Source of the DNA: Candidatus Ornithospirochaeta stercorigallinarum
Lineage (GTDB): Bacteria > Spirochaetota > Spirochaetia > Sphaerochaetales > Sphaerochaetaceae
Reading direction: 5' to 3'
DNA: 64,000 nt
NCBI GenBank assembly: GCA_018711525.1
Contig: DVIF01000057.1
Location: 3,985 to 67,984, forward strand
Shown in pieces: positions 56,378-64,000 of this stretch. Position 1 is the stretch's first letter. Each line of letters starts with the position of its first letter. A model generated the notes under the pieces. The model did no database searches. It was not told the DNA's origin and saw only the letters and a program-made list of their open reading frames with translations. The translations under genes and the position numbers were made by a program.

Positions 56378-57819
56378 TCAGCCTCCTTTTTTCTAAGAGC
56401 TCTCGCATATATTATACCAAGAATTTCAATACATAGAATCGGTGTCATTGCAATAAGACCTATCATACCGAAGCTCGCAGTTGCTATATCCCCTCCGATC
56501 GAGGTTGCAGCACCTATTGCAAAGGGAAGGAGGAAAGTCGAGCTCATCGGCCCGGTTGCAACTCCACCACTGTCGAATGCAATACCTGCGAACAACGTCG
56601 GAGTCCTCGGCATCAGGAAAAGGATGATCAGATACCCCGGGAGGATGAAGAACCATATGGAGAGTGAATTCAGGATCCTCACCATCGAAAGAAGTGCGGC
56701 AAGTGCGACTCCGATGCACATGGCAGAGAACATGACCTTCCTCTTTATGTGCCCTTCAGTCACCTCCTCCACCTCCTTCGTAAGCACCCATATCGCAGGC
56801 TCTGCAAGAACGACAGAAGCACCAAGGAGGAATGCGACGAGGCAAAGCCCGGACTTTGAAGAGTCTGCCAGGGCTCCGCCTATTGCCCTTGCCGTAGGCA
56901 TGAAGAAACAGTTGACGGAGAAAAGGAAGAGGATCAGGCCGAGATATGTATAGAAGAGACCTATGAACATCCTTGCAGCCTGGAAGCGCGGCATCTTCAT
57001 CACAAAGACCTGCATCAAAATGCAGATTATGGCAAGAGGAAAGAGAGCAACGCTCACCTCTTTTAAGACAGAGAGGAACAATGATATATTTGAAACATTC
57101 TCCAAAGAGGATGATATTTCCGTATTCAGATGGCCGTTGAAGACAAGGCCGAGGATGAGGACAAACAGGACGGGCCCTATGGAGGCTATGCCCGTATAGC
57201 CAAAGGAGGAATCCTCCCCGTCGTTCTTGCTTTTGCTTATACCAAGGCCGAGCGCCATTATAAAGGGGACTGCCATAGGCCCTGTTGTAGCACCTCCTGC
57301 ATCGAAGGCGACCGAGACGAAGAACTCCCTGTTGAATGCTGCAACAATGAAAAGAAGCACAACCGAGATTGAGAGCGTTATCTTCAGAGACCAGTTCATG
57401 ATGCTTCTGAGAAAAGAAATAGCGACGAAAAGCCCTACCCCGATGCATATCATCATTGTCAAAAGGGATACTGATATCTCACTGTTTATCTCGTTCACCT
57501 GCTTTGCAAGCACCTGTACATCAGGCTCTGCGACAGTGATTATCGCGCCAAGGAAGAATCCTGTAATAAGCAGCAGTACGACATTCTTCTTCCGAGTGAC
57601 CTTCGCTCCTATCTGATTGCCTACGGGAATCAGGCCGACATCAACACCAAGAAGGAATATGGTGAGGCCGAGAACGACAAGTATCACTGAAAAAATGAAC
57701 TCAACGAATGAAACCCCATCCGTTGAGAACACATTCAAACCAAGTCCTGCGATAGCCGCTATGATGGCTATCGGCAGGACGGAGACAGCTGTCTCCTTAA
57801 GCTGTTTGATAAATCCCAT
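56374..57819 (-). CDS. DUF1538 family membrane protein (internally duplicated)
   Basis: 481 aa and polytopic. Two homologous halves carry the repeated motifs LKETAVSVLPIAII / LKEVSVALFPLAII and AFDAGGATTGPM / AFDSGGVATGPM. Confidence 0.7.
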   Translation of the reverse strand: MGFIKQLKETAVSVLPIAIIAAIAGLGLNVFSTDGVSFVEFIFSVILVVLGLTIFLLGVDVGLIPVGNQIGAKVTRKKNVVLLLITGFFLGAIITVAEPDVQVLAKQVNEINSEISVSLLTMMICIGVGLFVAISFLRSIMNWSLKITLSISVVLLFIVAAFNREFFVSVAFDAGGATTGPMAVPFIMALGLGISKSKNDGEDSSFGYTGIASIGPVLFVLILGLVFNGHLNTEISSSLENVSNISLFLSVLKEVSVALFPLAIICILMQVFVMKMPRFQAARMFIGLFYTYLGLILFLFSVNCFFMPTARAIGGALADSSKSGLCLVAFLLGASVVLAEPAIWVLTKEVEEVTEGHIKRKVMFSAMCIGVALAALLSMVRILNSLSIWFFILPGYLIILFLMPRTPTLFAGIAFDSGGVATGPMSSTFLLPFAIGAATSIGGDIATASFGMIGLIAMTPILCIEILGIIYARALRKKEAE

Positions 57820-57962
57820 TACTTACCACTCTTATCTTTCTTGTTTCCAGTAAGAGCGTTGAGAATGAAAAGAACAATGAAAAGTATTCCAAGACCTAAA
57901 GCAAGGAGCCCCCAGCTTTTCAGTCCGATACCGATGACTTCCAATAAAGATGCGTCCATCAT
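57819..57962 (-). CDS. OadG-like single-TM micro-protein (47 aa), not in the ORF track
   Basis: My translation: MMDASLLEVIGIGLKSWGLLALGLGILFIVLFILNALTGNKKDKSGK*. AAGGAGG lies just upstream, and its TAA overlaps the DUF1538 ATG (TAATG). The pattern resembles the N-terminal helix of decarboxylase gamma subunits. Confidence 0.45.
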   Translation of the reverse strand: MMDASLLEVIGIGLKSWGLLALGLGILFIVLFILNALTGNKKDKSGK

Positions 57963-57969
57963 GCCCTCC

Positions 57970-59070
57970 TTAACCGATTACATAAGGGGATACGAGAGAA
58001 AGGAGAAGTCCACCTGCGAGAACAGATCCGATCTGTCCTGATACGTTTGCACCGAGTGCGAACGGGAGAAGGTGGTTCTGCTTATCTGCTTCGATACCGA
58101 TCTTCTGAACTACACGACTGCTCATCGGGAATGCTGAGATTCCAGCTCCTCCGATGAGAGGATTGATCTTATGACCCTTCTTCAAAAAGAGGTTTGCAAT
58201 CTTCACGAAGAACACACCACAGGCTGTATCGAACGCGAATGCAACGAGTCCGAAGCCCATGATCATGATTGTCTCAGGCTGCAGAAGCGAGCTTGCCTGC
58301 ATCTGAGGTGCGATAGCCAGTCCAAGAAGAAGCGTGATAAGCGGGCTGAGCATGTTCTGGGCAGCAAGAGAGAGATTGTCAAGGACACCACACTCCCTTA
58401 AAAGGTTTCCGAACATGAGCATACCGACAAGGGCTGCACTGTCTGGAGCGATTGTACCACATACGATTGTAGTGATGATCGGGAAGAGGATCCTTGTGGT
58501 CTTACTTACACTCTTGGCGCTGTAATGCATTCTGATGCAGCGCTCTTTCTTCGTTGTACAGATTTTGAGTACGACAGGCTGGATGATAGGCACAAGTGCC
58601 ATATAACAGTATGCTACAACAAGAATTGCAGGAACATACTGGCTCATCAGGCGCTGACTTACGAGAATTGCAGTCGGACCGTCTGCCGCTCCGATGATAC
58701 CGATTGAAGCCGCATCATTGATCGAGAACCCGAGGGCAGCGGCGACTATCATGGAGATGAAGATACCACCCTGTCCTGCGGCTCCGATGAAGATGAGCCA
58801 TGGCTTGCTGAGAACCGGTCCGAAGTCGATCATCGCTCCGATTCCGATGAAGAGCAGTAGAGGGAATACCTCAGCGGTTTCAATACCAACATTATATAGC
58901 CAGCCGAGAATACCATTGTCCAGGGCTATAACCGAACCTGGGAGGTTGACGAGTATTGCGCCAAATCCCATAGGCAGCAGGAGTGTCGGCTCCATCTCTT
59001 TCTTGATTGCAAGATAGATGAGCAACAATCCCACACCAATCATAATTATTTGACTAACTAATTCGTTCAT
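57970..59070 (-). CDS. Sodium ion-translocating decarboxylase beta subunit (OadB/GcdB/MmdB family)
   Basis: 366 aa. It aligns along its length with OadB as I recall it: EPTLLLPMGFGAILVN, IGAMIDFGP, IGIIGAADGPTAI, YMALVPIIQP, MFGNLLRE, INPLIGGAGISAFPMSSRV. Confidence 0.88.
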   Translation of the reverse strand: MNELVSQIIMIGVGLLLIYLAIKKEMEPTLLLPMGFGAILVNLPGSVIALDNGILGWLYNVGIETAEVFPLLLFIGIGAMIDFGPVLSKPWLIFIGAAGQGGIFISMIVAAALGFSINDAASIGIIGAADGPTAILVSQRLMSQYVPAILVVAYCYMALVPIIQPVVLKICTTKKERCIRMHYSAKSVSKTTRILFPIITTIVCGTIAPDSAALVGMLMFGNLLRECGVLDNLSLAAQNMLSPLITLLLGLAIAPQMQASSLLQPETIMIMGFGLVAFAFDTACGVFFVKIANLFLKKGHKINPLIGGAGISAFPMSSRVVQKIGIEADKQNHLLPFALGANVSGQIGSVLAGGLLLSLVSPYVIG

Positions 59071-59239
59071 ACTGTCAAATATAAACGAAATAAGGAATCT
59101 GATAAAGCACGAAAACAGTCAAGTTGGGATAAAACCGATGAAAAAGTCTGTCTTGTCCTAATTTGTTCATTTCTTCCTTGTTCCAGCATGCAGTTGTGTG
59201 CTAACTTTGCCTCTTGATGGGAAAACATCTTTGGAGGTC

Positions 59240-60187
59240 ATGATGGAAAAAAGAAAAGACTGGATCAACAGCACGTTGGCGATATTCCTGCTTGCAAGCC
59301 TTTCATGCTTCCTCTGGGGAAGCGCAACCCCTTCGATAAAGAAGGGTTATGAGCTCTTTGCAATAGATTCATCACGGACTCTCGATATCATCCTGTTTGC
59401 CGGGATCAGGTTCTTTCTTGCAGGGATTCTGGTGATACTCTTCCACTCGATTGCATCTAAGCGTGTGATCAAACCGGAGAAGGGATCCGCACCTTCCATA
59501 ATAAAACTTGCATTCGCTCAGACAATACTACAGTATTTCTGCTTCTATATAGGGCTTGCGCATACCAGCGGAGTTGCCGGTACCATCATCTCAGGGGCAA
59601 GCGGATTCTTCTCCATACTGCTCGTATCCCTTGTTTTCAGATATGAGAAGATGACAGGAGCTAAGATCCTCGGATGCATCCTAGGGCTGGGTGGAATCAT
59701 AATAATGAACGTCAGCCCCGGCAGGGAGACTGTCTTTGCATTCTCCTTCCTCGGAGAAGGACTGGTGCTTCTTTCAACAATCTGTCTTGCAATGTCGGGA
59801 ATCATGGTGAAGAAGTATTCGAAGAGATTTGATGTTGTGATGCTTTCCGGCTATCAGTTCATATTCGGAGGCTTCTTCATGATCGTCCTATCCCTAATCC
59901 TCGGAGGAAGGATAGCACTCGTTTCCACACCCTCAGCATACATACTTATGCTTTATATGGCCATGATCTCTGCAGTCGCATATTCAGTATGGAGCACACT
60001 GCTCAAGTACAATGATGTGAGCAAAGTTACGATCTTCAGCTTCATGACACCTCTTTTCGGAGTCTTCCTATCTGCGATATTCCTAGGAGAAACAGAGGAG
60101 GCGCTCAAGGTCAACAAGCTTATTGCCCTGATACTTGTCTGCCTCGGGATATTCATCGTAAACAGGAAACAGAAGGCATCAGCTTGA
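59240..60187 (+). CDS. EamA/DMT-family transporter
   Basis: About 315 aa with ten TM segments in two EamA-like halves. GGAGG lies just upstream of the ATG ATG at 59240/59243. Confidence 0.8.
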   Translation: MMEKRKDWINSTLAIFLLASLSCFLWGSATPSIKKGYELFAIDSSRTLDIILFAGIRFFLAGILVILFHSIASKRVIKPEKGSAPSIIKLAFAQTILQYFCFYIGLAHTSGVAGTIISGASGFFSILLVSLVFRYEKMTGAKILGCILGLGGIIIMNVSPGRETVFAFSFLGEGLVLLSTICLAMSGIMVKKYSKRFDVVMLSGYQFIFGGFFMIVLSLILGGRIALVSTPSAYILMLYMAMISAVAYSVWSTLLKYNDVSKVTIFSFMTPLFGVFLSAIFLGETEEALKVNKLIALILVCLGIFIVNRKQKASA

Positions 60188-60197
60188 AAAAAGAAAA

Positions 60198-60234
60198 GGA
60201 AGCATCCTCCAATGGGAACGCTTCCTCTTTTTCC
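60198..60234 (+). terminator. Intrinsic terminator after the EamA transporter gene
   Basis: Stem ggaagc/gcttcc (60198-60203 / 60220-60225) followed by tctttttcc. Confidence 0.6.
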
Positions 60235-60254
60235 TTCTATTCAGGACGGGTCTA

Positions 60255-61475
60255 TCAATATCCCCACATGTATGAGATGCATGGAAGGATTATGAACATT
60301 GCAATGGTTGCAAGAGTGAGGACGACAAATAGAATCCTCAGCTTTATACCGTTATAGGCAATCAGGACCTTATCCTTTCTAACCTGAGCCCTCTTTGCGG
60401 CTATCGCCTGATAAGTCATTATCATGATGACAGCAAGTGTGAATATGTTGATCATCGTGATCAGGGAGAAGATTCCTGCATCGGATACCATCGAAAGTCC
60501 CACCAGCATGGAGGATATGACACCGAAGAGTCCCGTTCCAAGCATCCCTACGCTGTCTTCTCCCGTATAGCTCTGGCTGTAGAAGGCGATGATGATCCAG
60601 ATGACGACACTGAAGAGGTTTATGAAGGCCTGCAGGAAAAGTGAGAGCCCTGCCCTGTTCGCCCTTACTATTATCTCAAGCTGGGTCCTCACCGAATGCT
60701 CGAAATCTATGGCAGGGTCGTTGTTCTCATCATAGTAGTAGTTCAGCCGGAGTGTGAAGTTATCGGCCTTCTCATCATTAATGAGCCTGTAGCCCGATGT
60801 GATTGAGAAATAAGGTGTGAAACCACTTATCATGACCCCGTCGTCGGTGACATCATGGTCTGGGACATAGCGGATGTAGTTCGCATCCATTGTCGGAAGA
60901 AGATACATCTTGAACTGCACCGAGTCCAGTGGATAGCGGACACTGTCGAAAGCCTTTTCGAAGGCACCGTTGAACTTCACCTTCTGATAGCACATCGTCC
61001 TGAGGACACCGTTCTCATCATAGTACTGCACCTCCTCAAGCTCTTTGAGTGTTCCGAAGGAATCAGGGACGAACTCTCCGTTTCCGATTGAGAACATCGT
61101 CTCCTTATCGGTCAGGACATTCGAAGGTGTCTCCCCCGGATAGTACCTGGAGTCGTTGAGATCCACCCATTCATTGAAGAACGCCTCGTGCTCCGAGACC
61201 CAGAGCTCATGGTCGAAAGCACCCTCAGGACGTCTCTCTTCGGGATTGGAGGAGTAATAGTCGTCGATCACCTGATCCAGAAGCACGTTATAGGCATAAT
61301 GCTTGAACATGTTCCTGAACTCGTCCTTGTCGAACTTGAAATAGACCTGCATCCTGGCCTCATATCCGCTTGAGGAGCTCTGGATGTTCTTGATTCTCTC
61401 AAGTACTACTCCGACCTTGACCTCCGCGTAATATGCATCCGGATTATTCTCTCTGCTGGTGTTCAAGGTCGTCAT
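60255..61475 (-). CDS. Pentameric ligand-gated ion channel-like protein (tentative), no signal peptide
   Basis: The N-terminal beta-rich domain carries RYPLDSVQFKMYLLP (compare the YPFDSQ signature loop of GLIC/ELIC-type channels). A pre-M1 IVRANRAG is followed by four TM helices. Start ambiguous (61475, 61508 or TTG 61529). Confidence 0.5.
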   Translation of the reverse strand: MTTLNTSRENNPDAYYAEVKVGVVLERIKNIQSSSSGYEARMQVYFKFDKDEFRNMFKHYAYNVLLDQVIDDYYSSNPEERRPEGAFDHELWVSEHEAFFNEWVDLNDSRYYPGETPSNVLTDKETMFSIGNGEFVPDSFGTLKELEEVQYYDENGVLRTMCYQKVKFNGAFEKAFDSVRYPLDSVQFKMYLLPTMDANYIRYVPDHDVTDDGVMISGFTPYFSITSGYRLINDEKADNFTLRLNYYYDENNDPAIDFEHSVRTQLEIIVRANRAGLSLFLQAFINLFSVVIWIIIAFYSQSYTGEDSVGMLGTGLFGVISSMLVGLSMVSDAGIFSLITMINIFTLAVIMIMTYQAIAAKRAQVRKDKVLIAYNGIKLRILFVVLTLATIAMFIILPCISYMWGY

Positions 61476-61830
61476 GGTATTTGACCTGCAAAGGGTCGTA
61501 GATGTCATATGTGAGCCCGTCGCTTCCAAGCCTGTACTTCCTCACATCCCCCAGCCTCTTTTTGTAGCCGATCATCTTCCAGTTGCGGGAGATGTAGTGC
61601 TTCTGCTTCATCCTCTCGATATCTTTCGCCACATCATTGCGCTGTACAGAGAGCAGGTCCTCATCGAGCTCAAGGGTCTCAAGCTCAGGGAGGTTTTTCT
61701 CATCATCGATCAGAAGATCCAAAGGTATGAAGAAATAAGCGGCGATCTTATTAAGTATTTTGATGCTCAGCTCATCCTCACCTGAAAGAATCTTCTCCAT
61801 CTTGGCAGGGTTCACGGAGAATCCTTGCAA
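61444..61830 (-). CDS. HTH-like ORF apparently lacking the first helices of an XRE domain (possible remnant)
   Basis: GFSVNPAKMEKILSGEDELSIKILNKIAAYFFIPLDLLI matches only the C-terminal two thirds of an XRE HTH. The ORF opens with TTG directly after an in-frame TAA, only 26 bp from the divergent gene. Confidence 0.35.
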   Translation of the reverse strand: MQGFSVNPAKMEKILSGEDELSIKILNKIAAYFFIPLDLLIDDEKNLPELETLELDEDLLSVQRNDVAKDIERMKQKHYISRNWKMIGYKKRLGDVRKYRLGSDGLTYDIYDPLQVKYHDDLEHQQRE

Positions 61831-61856
61831 TTATAATTCTTTGCAGAGGTAGTACT

Positions 61857-62513
61857 ATGAAAAGAATTTTGATTTTATTTCTAATCTCTATTACGCTGAC
61901 CCCTCTTTTCGCGGGACCGAGGGAAAGGAACATCGTGTACGAGACAGGAAGGGTCTTCTTCTCCGCATATGATGCAATGGAGAGTGCGCGCTCGCAGGCA
62001 GAGAAATTCATACAGACATATGAGCTTCTTTCCCCCTCATGGCAGGAAAAGACATATGACCAGTACATTACGATACTGGAAAAGTCATTTGGAAAGGAGA
62101 TTGCAGCCTCGATCAGAAGCGAGATGGAATGGAACATCTGGAATGGAAACTTCGAGAACATCTCCCGCTCCGGGGCGCTGCGCATGGGCATCTATGAATT
62201 CCAGCATACTCCTTTATGGGGAGAGATTGAAGCTGATGAATTTGAAATCACATATGAGCTGAACGGTGAGATAAAGAACATCGACATCTCAGGAAAGATG
62301 AAGTTCTTCACATGGCGGGAGGATGGAAGGCTCAATCTGAGTGTAGAGACTGAGGACCTTGAATCAGGGGCTGAAGATATAGGGAATGTCAGAATCGAAG
62401 TATCGGCCTCCGAGGACTTTTCCGATTTCAAATGCAAGCTAGACGGCAAGGAGCTCGGCAGAGAGGATATAAACGCACTGATGCCGATCTTCTCCTTGAT
62501 TGAAAATCTATGA
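61857..62513 (+). CDS. Secreted hypothetical protein
   Basis: 218 aa with signal peptide MKRILILFLISITLTPLFA. No recognisable domain. Confidence 0.5.
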   Translation: MKRILILFLISITLTPLFAGPRERNIVYETGRVFFSAYDAMESARSQAEKFIQTYELLSPSWQEKTYDQYITILEKSFGKEIAASIRSEMEWNIWNGNFENISRSGALRMGIYEFQHTPLWGEIEADEFEITYELNGEIKNIDISGKMKFFTWREDGRLNLSVETEDLESGAEDIGNVRIEVSASEDFSDFKCKLDGKELGREDINALMPIFSLIENL

Positions 62514-62547
62514 AAACATTTCTTCCTGCTGCGGCAGGAAGACTTCA

Positions 62548-63516
62548 TTACTCTATGAAATCCATGTTCGGATAGATCCTCTGCATCCTGCTGTCAGGGA
62601 ATCTTTCATCCACGATGCGCTCAATTGCATTTGAGGCAGCCTCTCCATCCCTGCGCTCAGACCATCTGAATACGGCAATAGAGGAGATGGCGGCATCAAA
62701 GAGAAGGAAGAAGAGCAGGATCCAGACAAGTATCTTTCCGATCCTATTGGGAATCTTCAAAACCCAGATTGAGAATCTAGGATAGACCGACTTGATCCAG
62801 AAGACACCCAGGAACCCCCAGAAGATAGAATACAGCAGGCAGATCCTTCCATTGAGATTGAGCGGGATGTTCGAATAATCCCAGCTGGTAGAACCGAAGA
62901 ACATCTCCTGGAAGTATGAGCAGGCATACTCAACAACACTTCCTGTGATGAAGCCTCCTATGAAAGAGTATATCGCTCCCCTGTTCCTGTATTTATAAAG
63001 CACAAGAGTCAGGAAGAACGCACCCAATCCGTATACGGGGTTGAACGGCCCGTATACAAGACCTGTCCTGCTCTCGAAATATCCATGACGTACAAAGCAC
63101 CATAAAAGCTCCACCACGACTCCTGCAAAAGAACCGACGAAGAGGATTATGAACTGCTTGTAGAAATTCATTCCACGTGCAAAATGATGCGCCTTCTCCT
63201 CACGATAATCTATCGTACCGTTGGCGGGTGCCCTTGATATGATGAACCCCTTCTTGTTGCTGTTTATCGTATCCTTCATCCTGGCTTTGAGCTCATCAGA
63301 GGACTCGGAGAGGAACTTCGTCCATGCTTCGGCCTTCTCATGCCCGTCATCAAGCTGGGCGATCGTATTCCTGATCTCCTTGTAAAGCTTCTCCTGCTCC
63401 TTGTCACTGAGTGCATCGATGTTGGCAAGTGAGAAATAATATGCATTGAGCTTGTCTTCAAGCTTTTTCTGCTTGGCAGAGGGTTCGAGTATCATAATTA
63501 GGATTCTAGCATGCAA
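62548..63516 (-). CDS. Membrane protein with a DUF1113/CmpB-like (putative ABC-transporter type IV) domain
   Basis: 322 aa. A charged coiled N-terminal of about 110 aa is followed by TM helices with the GLVYGPFNPVYGLGAF motif characteristic of that family. Confidence 0.5.
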   Translation of the reverse strand: MHARILIMILEPSAKQKKLEDKLNAYYFSLANIDALSDKEQEKLYKEIRNTIAQLDDGHEKAEAWTKFLSESSDELKARMKDTINSNKKGFIISRAPANGTIDYREEKAHHFARGMNFYKQFIILFVGSFAGVVVELLWCFVRHGYFESRTGLVYGPFNPVYGLGAFFLTLVLYKYRNRGAIYSFIGGFITGSVVEYACSYFQEMFFGSTSWDYSNIPLNLNGRICLLYSIFWGFLGVFWIKSVYPRFSIWVLKIPNRIGKILVWILLFFLLFDAAISSIAVFRWSERRDGEAASNAIERIVDERFPDSRMQRIYPNMDFIE

Positions 63517-63575
63517 TACTGGTTTTGGACAGCTTCAATATTTTCCTTCATTCCCACTAAACGGATATAAGGTGC

Positions 63576-63605
63576 TTGACAGCCCTGAACAAAAGATGCT
63601 ATCGT
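63576..63605 (+). promoter_or_regulatory. Sigma70-like promoter for tRNA-Val
   Basis: TTGACA (63576-63581), 17-18 nt, then cTATCGT (63599-63605), about 10 nt upstream of the tRNA 5' end. Confidence 0.55.
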
Positions 63606-63615
63606 CTTCGTGTTT

Positions 63616-63687
63616 GGGCGGTTAACTCAGCGGGAGAGTGTCACGTTGACATCGTGGAAGTCGGCAGTTCGATCCTGCCATCGCCCA
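63616..63687 (+). tRNA. tRNA-Val (GAC anticodon)
   Basis: GGGCGGTTAACTCAGCGGGAGAGTGTCACGTTGACATCGTGGAAGTCGGCAGTTCGATCCTGCCATCGCCCA. Acceptor is GGGCGGT/ATCGCCC, the anticodon loop is TTGACAT and the T-arm is GGCAGTTCGATCCTGCC. CCA is not encoded. Confidence 0.9.
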
Positions 63688-63689
63688 TT

Positions 63690-63735
63690 AAGGCATCTTG
63701 TTACTGTATAAGTAATTAAGATGCCTTTTCTTTTA
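63690..63735 (+). terminator. Intrinsic terminator after tRNA-Val
   Basis: 10-bp stem aaggcatctt/aagatgcctt (63690-63699 / 63718-63727) followed by ttcttttat. Confidence 0.75.
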
Positions 63736-63839
63736 TGCGTTGCAAGGCCTGAAAACCTCGGGTAGCATATTTGGTAGCATGTTGAAACCGAAAATTCTGG
63801 AATTATTTCCGTCTTTTGCTTCTTTGAAGGAGGAAATAT

Positions 63840-64000
63840 ATGGTCAGATTTTCATTGTACAAAAGACGCAGAGCAAAAGGTGTCTACTATTATGTTCGCT
63901 TCTGGAGTCCTGAGAAAAAGAGCTATGATCCTGGACTTAGTATAGAAACCCTGAGAAGCAAGCTTGGAGATGACAGCTTCCGTCGTATCGGAACAAGAAG
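63840..64000 (+). CDS. 5' end of a probable tyrosine-type site-specific integrase (runs off the window)
   Basis: GAAGGAGG lies 6 nt upstream of the ATG. MVRFSLYKRRRAKGVYYYVRFWSPEKKSYDPGLSIETLRSKLGDD resembles the N-terminal arm-binding segment of phage-type integrases. It begins about 150 bp downstream of a tRNA 3' end. Confidence 0.5.
   Translation, partial: MVRFSLYKRRRAKGVYYYVRFWSPEKKSYDPGLSIETLRSKLGDDSFRRIGTR

Noticed and set aside
1-64000. CRISPR arrays, IS elements, rRNA, group II introns
   Set aside because: I saw no regularly spaced repeats of 24-40 bp, no transposase-like ORFs with inverted repeats and no rRNA-like conserved stretches. The only mobile-element signal is the integrase-like start at the right edge.

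Overview
The window looks like a 64-kb stretch of bacterial chromosome with moderate GC, tightly packed, mostly housekeeping and transport genes. I support about 67 protein-coding genes and three tRNAs: CAU-anticodon, Leu-GAG and Val-GAC. I also call several intrinsic terminators and a few promoter or operator candidates. I saw no rRNA, CRISPR array, IS element or transposase.

Recognisable blocks, left to right:
- GntP permease, a secreted 5'-nucleotidase and a split ChrA pair.
- asnA, mscL, a DJ-1-like protein and DAHP synthase.
- Three acyl-CoA ligases. Two are a diverged tandem pair that share a dyad operator.
- asnS, PPi-dependent phosphofructokinase and yhbY.
- A complete pstSCAB-phoU-phoB-phoR operon.
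- A folC, RqcH-like and kinase-like operon.
- A Zn-ribbon, yicC, cmk-like, rpoZ and miaA operon.
- A K+-independent H+-pyrophosphatase, mtnP-mtnA, an FKBP lipoprotein and an FprA flavodiiron protein.
- dat-ddc (1,3-diaminopropane synthesis), a small MerR regulator and livJHMGF.

The least conventional part is the right-hand 8 kb:
- An orphan Na+-decarboxylase beta subunit sits in one operon with an OadG-like micro-ORF, a duplicated DUF1538 membrane protein and a tandem PII-like protein.
- Next comes a pentameric ligand-gated-channel-like protein with no signal peptide, behind a truncated HTH ORF.
- Last is tRNA-Val followed by the 5' end of an integrase-like gene at the window edge.

The gene content (PPi-PFK plus H+-PPase, lipobox signal peptides, several fatty-acid-activating enzymes) suggests an anaerobic, possibly spirochaete-like organism. 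That is inference only.

All family calls come from motifs I recognise by eye. No database search or computation was run, and start codons are often ambiguous.
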